Shown here: positions 58,305 through 64,000 of the stretch, piece by piece
Layout of the letters: each line of letters starts with the position of its first letter
How positions within the stretch are numbered: position 1 is the first letter of the stretch
NCBI GenBank assembly: GCA_000146465.1
Contig: CP001945.1
Strand: one strand, 5' to 3'
DNA: 64,000 bases
Made by a program: the position numbers and the translations under genes
The notes under the pieces: generated by a model
The model's input: only the letters and a program-made list of their open reading frames with translations
The model's database searches: none
Told to the model about the DNA's origin: nothing

Positions 58305-59759
58305 ATGGACATTGGACAGACACATCTCGGCGGGTTGATATCTAATTCCCAGCAAGACGAGAAAGTAAGGTATCATGTTGTCGGATCAAGGGTCAAGATG
58401 GCATGCAATGTCATAAGGAGCCTATATGGGGGATCCCATCGGACAAAGCTTATAGTGAACGGATATGGACAGGTAATCCTTTCTTCCCAGCCAGGAGTCA
58501 TTTATGATAACATCAAGATAAACCATCCTCTTGTGAAGCTACTGCAGGATTATGTCAAGAAAATGGATGTGGTTGGAGATGGAGCAACGTTTTTTGTGAC
58601 TCTTGTGTCGGAGCTGATCCAGGAGGCGATGGATGTTGTTGGAAAAGGAATGAAGGGGGCATATCTTGGCTACATGCTTCGGGAAGTCCATAAGGAGATA
58701 GAAGAGTTAGCCTCTGAACTTCGGATTAAGCACGAGGTTGACTTTGAGGACCGGGAGAGCATATCAAAGGTTCTGAAGGGGGTTTTGAAGGATTCTGTAC
58801 TGGAGAAAATAGTTGTCGAGGGGATATCGCTTTGCAGAAGCTTCAGCACAGAAAACATCCGGGTGTGCAAGGTGGTGTGTGGGTCTACAGAAGATAGCTA
58901 TGTTGTGCAGGGAATGGTGTTCAACAGGTCTCCGGAAGGAGAAGTAAAGCATGTGACCAAAGGAAAAACATCTATCTACAACTGCCCGTTGGATATATCG
59001 AGAACAGAGCTGAAGGGGACGGTTCTGATGAGGACGGCATCTGAGCTCTTGTCCTTTAGTAAAGAGGAAAACAAGAGGATCAAGGAGACAGTGGAGTCTA
59101 TGAATGGAGATGTTGTAATATGCAGTGGGAAGGTTGATAAGATCTACCTCGACTTTCTGAACAAGAAAAAGAAGCTTGTTTTCCGAATCACCAGCAAGTA
59201 TGATTTGAGAAGAATTAGAGAACTGGTAGGAGGACACATTCTGGCGGCTTTAGATCCGCAGACGGAAGATTCGATGGGGTTTGTTGAAGAGGTGGAAACC
59301 TTTAAGGAAGGCAACTCCGAGTATACCAAATTTATCTCGGGAAGCAAGAAGGTGTATACCTTGGTTCTAAAGAATTCTGTGCAGGCAGTGCTGGATGAGC
59401 AAGAAAGGATGGTCCAAAAAGCATTGAACGTCCTGAGTAAGAATTCCAAGGAAGGAAAGATTGACCTAGTGGATGGGGCTGGGAGATTTGAGAAAAAGTT
59501 ATCGAAGATATTTCTAGAGAGATCCATGGGTTGTAAAGAGGGCAAGAATCTTGTGTACAAGTGTATTGGAAAAGCCCTTGGGACATTCAAGACCTCCGAT
59601 GCTGAAGTCTACGATGCATACAATGCCAAGGTAAAGGCATTAAAGTACTCAATCGAGTTCATCTCCACTCTATTTGAGACTGGAGACTATCTCATAGGAA
59701 AGCCAGAAGCAATCAATATTGCACCCAAGAGTAACCAGCATTGGGATGAAGACCACTAG
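58305..59759 (+). CDS. CCT8: T-complex protein 1 subunit theta (CCT8)
   Basis: FSTENIRVCKVVCGSTEDSYVVQGMVFNRSPEGEVKHVTKGKTSIYNCPLD matches CCT-theta (FNVDNIRVCKILGSGISSSSVLHGMVFKKETEGDVTSVKDAKIAVYSCPFD). VVGDGATFFVTLVSEL matches the GDGT motif region. The track start (58227) is TTG, so the first ATG is used. Confidence 0.8.
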   Translation: MDIGQTHLGGLISNSQQDEKVRYHVVGSRVKMACNVIRSLYGGSHRTKLIVNGYGQVILSSQPGVIYDNIKINHPLVKLLQDYVKKMDVVGDGATFFVTLVSELIQEAMDVVGKGMKGAYLGYMLREVHKEIEELASELRIKHEVDFEDRESISKVLKGVLKDSVLEKIVVEGISLCRSFSTENIRVCKVVCGSTEDSYVVQGMVFNRSPEGEVKHVTKGKTSIYNCPLDISRTELKGTVLMRTASELLSFSKEENKRIKETVESMNGDVVICSGKVDKIYLDFLNKKKKLVFRITSKYDLRRIRELVGGHILAALDPQTEDSMGFVEEVETFKEGNSEYTKFISGSKKVYTLVLKNSVQAVLDEQERMVQKALNVLSKNSKEGKIDLVDGAGRFEKKLSKIFLERSMGCKEGKNLVYKCIGKALGTFKTSDAEVYDAYNAKVKALKYSIEFISTLFETGDYLIGKPEAINIAPKSNQHWDEDH

Positions 59760-59966
59760 GGAGAGTCTTTGAATTCTGCCATTGGTAATAGCTATGATTA
59801 AATCTAACTTTTAAACGAAGGACAATTAAAGAAAATTCATTGGGGAAATATTTCCTCTGGGCTTTCCATCTCTTTTGAGGGATAAGAATCCTAACTGTAG
59901 AGATTCTATATTTCTGCTAAAAATCGGAGTATAAAATATAGCACAAGAGATGGGTTTAAGGTTGGA

Positions 59967-60368
59967 ATGCCGATTCGCTCAAGATTCACCAAGGACGAGA
60001 AAAAGGTTATGAAGTTCATTGATTCGACCGAAGAGATAATAAAGCATATGAACAAGTCCGACTCAAACAAGAGGTCAAGGTTAAAGTTGAGTGGGGAGCA
60101 GATTGATATCCTGGAGTCGAACTTCAAGATCGACAGCCATCCGAACAGTACCACCAAAAGCCTCCTGGCAAATGCCCTGAGCATACCGTTTAAGAACATC
60201 CAGATATGGTTCCAGAATAGAAGGGCCAAGGAGAAGATGGTGAGAGATAGCTCCAAGAGAAGGAATGGAAATACGATAGCTGAGGAAAGGGACCAGGAGC
60301 GGGGTACGGTAAACTACCAGACAATGTGCCCCTTCGACTTTCCTCCTCAGGAGAGGTACTTTCTTTAG
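59967..60368 (+). CDS. Homeobox protein
   Basis: Homeodomain KRSRLKLSGEQIDILESNFKIDSHPNSTTKSLLANALSIPFKNIQIWFQNRRAKEK. Confidence 0.75.
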   Translation: MPIRSRFTKDEKKVMKFIDSTEEIIKHMNKSDSNKRSRLKLSGEQIDILESNFKIDSHPNSTTKSLLANALSIPFKNIQIWFQNRRAKEKMVRDSSKRRNGNTIAEERDQERGTVNYQTMCPFDFPPQERYFL

Positions 60369-60680
60369 CCCATGGAACATCTGCACTATTGTAATTTAAT
60401 TGTTGCTTCGGTGCCATTTAAAAGGATAGTTAGCACCCAGGTAGCAAAATTTTGTATCCTTGTTCCAGCGGCCGAGAACTACTCTCAAAACGAATTCTAT
60501 TTAAATTTACCGAAGGAATGCCCTGCTTTTTGAGTCGCTCATCTCCAGATGGAGAATGAGTGCTATACAAAGCAAAACCAAGTCCATGTGCTTCTGATCG
60601 ATGAAACACATGTCTACATTTTGGTGTAATCTTTTTTTGTTCGTACTACTGAAAAGTATCTTTAGCCACAGACCCTTAAG

Positions 60681-61550
60681 ATGTTGATTCTGGCCAACAC
60701 CAACAGGGAGATGAGCTTTGAAGTTTCCCGCGTCAACGGAAGAGTTTTTCTTGCGGGGAGTCTGGAGGGAATAGAGTACAAGGGGTCTGAATGGAATTCT
60801 CCTTGCAACTATTATGTGGTTGAGTCTTCGGAAGGGATATTTGAGCTGAACAAGGCCATGGAAGCCAAAGTAATTGTGTTTGAGACAATCTATGAGACAG
60901 GACTACTTCATGAGAAGACGTCTTTCGAAAAGCTAGCCTCCACTTTTGGGAACAGGAAGTTTGCCGAGCATTATAAGAGAAAGGGGATTGAAGGATACTC
61001 CAAGAGATTCTTCACGTCGAAATTTCAGTACAGAGAACAAGTACTGCCTCCTATTGATAAAGAGAAATGGAATCCTGAAGAGAGATTTCCGTTGGAAAAA
61101 ATGTTTCCCCAGGACGTGCTTTCCAGCTTTTTGGAGATAAAGCTAGACACAGTGCTGCTACATCCAGATCTTATGAGTTTGAAGCAGGATGTAAACTACA
61201 AAATACACTTTTTGCTTGCCGACTGTATAATCAAGCTTATGGAGAAGAAGTATGTCACCAGCGATTGCCTGAACGATTCCGGATACTCGAGTTTTTTCGA
61301 GATGATCAAGGATGAGGTGGAAAACAGAATGCTGACTCCTTTGTGCAGAGATAAGCTAGCCATTCTCTGTTACATATTGTTTCTACAAATCGAGGGATCT
61401 TCTGTGAGGTACGAAGTCTTGCCGGACTTTAAGTTTTCCAAAGAGAAAGTCTTGGCTATGTTTAGGGTGATAGGATGCTCGTATATTGCGAAATTAGACA
61501 GTTTCAAGATGAAGGAGAAACAGATGCACCCATCAGATACTAGAAATTAG
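60681..61550 (+). CDS. RNA polymerase I subunit A49-like, tentative
   Basis: N-terminal EGIEYKGSEWNSPCNYYVVE resembles yeast A49 ERLEYEGYTDSSSQASNQYVVG. C-terminal DKLAILCYILFLQIEG..VRYEVLPDFKFSKEKVLAMFRVIGC resembles A49 DKILCYILAIIMHLDNFIVEITPLAHELNLKPSKVVSLFRVLGA (tandem winged-helix region). Confidence 0.45.
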   Translation: MLILANTNREMSFEVSRVNGRVFLAGSLEGIEYKGSEWNSPCNYYVVESSEGIFELNKAMEAKVIVFETIYETGLLHEKTSFEKLASTFGNRKFAEHYKRKGIEGYSKRFFTSKFQYREQVLPPIDKEKWNPEERFPLEKMFPQDVLSSFLEIKLDTVLLHPDLMSLKQDVNYKIHFLLADCIIKLMEKKYVTSDCLNDSGYSSFFEMIKDEVENRMLTPLCRDKLAILCYILFLQIEGSSVRYEVLPDFKFSKEKVLAMFRVIGCSYIAKLDSFKMKEKQMHPSDTRN

Positions 61551-62020
61551 CCTTGAACTTAGAAGACTTAAGATCTGGAGCCAGACACAATATAGGAAAT
61601 GTTCGGGGCTCTACTATTCAGAGGCATACCGTTGATCACGTGTCCCCGTGCATTCAAGGGCTGAATTTGGTGGGGATATGGTTAATCATTAAAAGCCATA
61701 TCTAAACGTTCTGTAGATATTAATTTTTTTTTGTCACTTTCTGATGAAATAGAGCTTGCTAGGGAGATAATGAAGGCTTTGGTGAAGTGAAGCATTTACA
61801 TTTTCCAGTTACCTTATCTATCTCTTATCTCGGATTCTTTGTTTATACTTGTGGAATCTGTTTACTTAAAATCCTAATCCATTTCCCGATGAGCATGGTC
61901 TATTAAGTGATTTGGTACTGTATCGAGACCTCCAGGCACGGAAGATCGGGAATCTTTGCAGGATCCCGAGCTAACTTCATGGAATGGGCTGAAATGTCGC
62001 GTGATCCATATCCCTAAGGA

Positions 62021-62566
62021 ATGAAAAGCGTAGACTTTGAAATGAAGCTTGTAGAAAGGTATGGGACTGGAGTGATTCCAAAGGAAGACATCGAAAGTGT
62101 GTTGAACGAGGCGATCGAGAACAACGTCATAGAGAAGGATGAGGTGGGGAGATGGGAAAAGGATGAAGAGTACACAGTATCGAGATTTCTCAGGACGATA
62201 AGAAAATGGAGAACAGACTTCTTGAAGGACTCATTCAGCATAAATGACATTTCCTGTAAGGACGAGGGTCGTTGCGGAGACAGGTACTTGGATGAAGGAG
62301 AGTTCAAAGGATTGGAGTGCCATGAAGAACCAAACGTCAATGATTCGTTTGTGACAACCGATGAAGCATTTCTCTCCTCTCTTCGGGACAAGACCAAGAT
62401 AATTACATCGCGAAGAAACAACAATGGGAAGAAGATTGTGAGGGAAGTCCTGAGGGCATGGGGGGAATACGAAAAGCTTCCGACAAAAAAGAAGAGCTAC
62501 GGATGGTATTTTCTTGTACTGCTGGTTGTTCCTGTGTACTTCTTGTATGTACAAAAGCCATTTTGA
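62021..62566 (+). CDS. Hypothetical tail-anchored membrane protein
   Basis: 181-aa ATG ORF with a C-terminal TM helix (WYFLVLLVVPVYFLYV). It lies directly upstream of DPM1. Confidence 0.35.
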   Translation: MKSVDFEMKLVERYGTGVIPKEDIESVLNEAIENNVIEKDEVGRWEKDEEYTVSRFLRTIRKWRTDFLKDSFSINDISCKDEGRCGDRYLDEGEFKGLECHEEPNVNDSFVTTDEAFLSSLRDKTKIITSRRNNNGKKIVREVLRAWGEYEKLPTKKKSYGWYFLVLLVVPVYFLYVQKPF

Positions 62567-62600
62567 TCTGTATTAAAACTCTATTTTCCGAGGCTTACCC

Positions 62601-63293
62601 ATGTACAATGTTATCATACCAACATACAATGAAAGAGAGAATATCTGCGTTCTGTTGCGAATGGTTTCCGATGTGCTGAGAGAAGAGGGAAAGGCTTTCA
62701 AGATAATTGTTGTGGATGATAGTAGTCCCGATGGGACACATGAAGCAGTAGAATCGCTGGGGCTTCCAAATGTGTGTCTTTTATTGCGGAAGAAGAAGCT
62801 TGGGCTTGGAAGTGCATATAGAGCAGCACTGGAACATTGTGAGCATCCCTTTACAGTTGTAATGGATGGAGATCTGTCACATGATCCTATGTACATCAAG
62901 GATATGATCAGGTTGCAAAAAAAGGGAGCGGATATAGTTGTCGGAAGCAGATATTCCAAAGAAGGGGGGGTGTATGGTTGGTCAATCAAGAGGAAGATCA
63001 TAAGTCTTGGGGCCAACAACCTTGCCCGGACACTCCTCAACATGGATGTGTCGGACCTCACAGGGAGTTTTCGATTGTACAAAACAGAGGTGTTCAAGTT
63101 GCTGGTTAAGGAGTCTGTATCCACGGGCTATTCGTTCCAGATGGAACTGATGTTCCTAGCGAAAAGGCACAATCTTACTATTGCCGAGTGCCCAATAGTT
63201 TTCCACGATAGAAGGAAAGGACAATCCAAACTGTCTGCAATGGAGATGGTGATGTACTTTAAAACAGTGGTCTCTCTGTTTTTCAGTGTTTAA
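62601..63293 (+). CDS. DPM1: Dolichol-phosphate mannosyltransferase catalytic subunit (DPM1, GT2)
   Basis: VIIPTYNEREN, IIVVDDSSPDGT, VVMDGDLSHDP, DLTGSFRLYKTEV match the GT2 family 2 / DPM1 signature blocks. No strong C-terminal TM (human-type). Confidence 0.85.
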   Translation: MYNVIIPTYNERENICVLLRMVSDVLREEGKAFKIIVVDDSSPDGTHEAVESLGLPNVCLLLRKKKLGLGSAYRAALEHCEHPFTVVMDGDLSHDPMYIKDMIRLQKKGADIVVGSRYSKEGGVYGWSIKRKIISLGANNLARTLLNMDVSDLTGSFRLYKTEVFKLLVKESVSTGYSFQMELMFLAKRHNLTIAECPIVFHDRRKGQSKLSAMEMVMYFKTVVSLFFSV

Positions 63294-63351
63294 TTAAATC
63301 TGTGAATTTGCAGAACTTTGGTGTAAGTTATCTTCCATTGGATCCCTTAGA

Positions 63352-64000
63352 TGAGGATATTGAATGTTGCCGAGAAACCTTCTGTTGCAAGATCGATATC
63401 CTCGGTCTTATCGAAGGATCTAAGTGTCAGGAGAGGGCTTCATCAGTACTGTCCAAACATCCAGTTTGACCATGGCAATCAGATGGTCTTCACAAGTGTT
63501 CTGGGACATGTGCTCTCGAGCGACTTTGAGAACAAGAGCCGGTGGGATGAAGTAGATCCAGAGACACTGTTTACAGAAAGGATTGTCAAGTATGTACAGC
63601 CGGAGTTTATAAAGGTTAAGGAAAATATAGAAAGAGAGGCGTTGAAATGCGACATGGTTGTGATTTGGACTGACTGTGATAGAGAAGGGGAAAACATTGG
63701 AAGGCAGATAAGAGACATTGTCCTTGGGGTGAAGAAGGTTGAAGTGAAGCGGGCAAGATTTTCTGGGATCACTCTCCGGGACATAGAGGGAGCATTGGGA
63801 AACCTAGGGGAAATAAACGAAGCAGAGGCAGAGGCGGTCGAAGTACGCATGGAATTGGATCTTAGAATAGGATCGGCGTTTACTAGGCTGCAGACCTTGT
63901 CACTGGGCAGGACGATACAGGAGAAAAGGGTACTAAGCTTTGGGCCGTGCCAGGTACCTACATTGGGATTTGTGGTTGAGAGGGCAAGGGAAAGGGAGAG
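63352..64000 (+). CDS. TOP3: DNA topoisomerase III (type IA), N-terminal Toprim part; gene runs off the window edge
   Basis: My manual translation gives MRILNVAEKPSVARSISSVLSK...MVFTSVLGHVLSSDFENKSRWDEVDPETLF...CDMVVIWTDCDREGENIGRQI. This carries the Toprim acidic motif (DxDxEGE). Confidence 0.8.

Noticed and set aside
1-64000. Search for CRISPR arrays, transposons, integrases, toxin-antitoxin or phage-defence cassettes
   Set aside because: I saw no direct repeats with spacers, no terminal inverted repeats, and no transposase, integrase or restriction-like ORFs. All large ORFs are core eukaryotic housekeeping genes.

Overview
This window reads as a compact, apparently intron-free eukaryotic nuclear segment. 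Many intergenic spacers are under 100 nt, including the gaps between divergently transcribed gene starts (35-70 nt). Proteins are shortened but recognisable, and four ribosomal-protein genes carry an AAAATTTT plus CCC element just upstream of their ATG. These traits fit a microsporidian (Encephalitozoon-like, roughly 40-45% GC). That is my inference from protein content and architecture, not a database result. I call about 50 protein genes and one tRNA-Leu(CAA). Almost all the proteins are core housekeeping: a reduced VPS13-like protein, Prp8, class II myosin heavy chain, SMC1 and Scc3 cohesin subunits, MCM2, a Mtr4/Ski2 helicase, SRP54, CCT-theta, seryl-tRNA synthetase, PheRS beta, PP2A catalytic subunit, Cdc25, Rab11, a UBC7-like E2, eIF6, Nop56/58-family, asparagine synthetase, DPM1, the start of topoisomerase III, and ribosomal proteins S11, L22, L29 and S27. 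There are also two small homeobox genes, an NCS-1-like calcium sensor, a p24 protein and an Sm-like protein. The supplied ORF track translates TTG/GTG/CTG starts as M, so I moved many gene starts to the first plausible ATG. I found no prokaryotic-style mobile elements, CRISPR arrays or defence islands, and nothing that looks like a novel multi-gene system. The points worth a second look are a few lineage-specific small membrane-anchored proteins (one Tom20-like), a very short Csl4-like exosome protein, unusually long intergenic gaps that might hold ncRNAs, compact overlapping gene ends, and the promoter motif.
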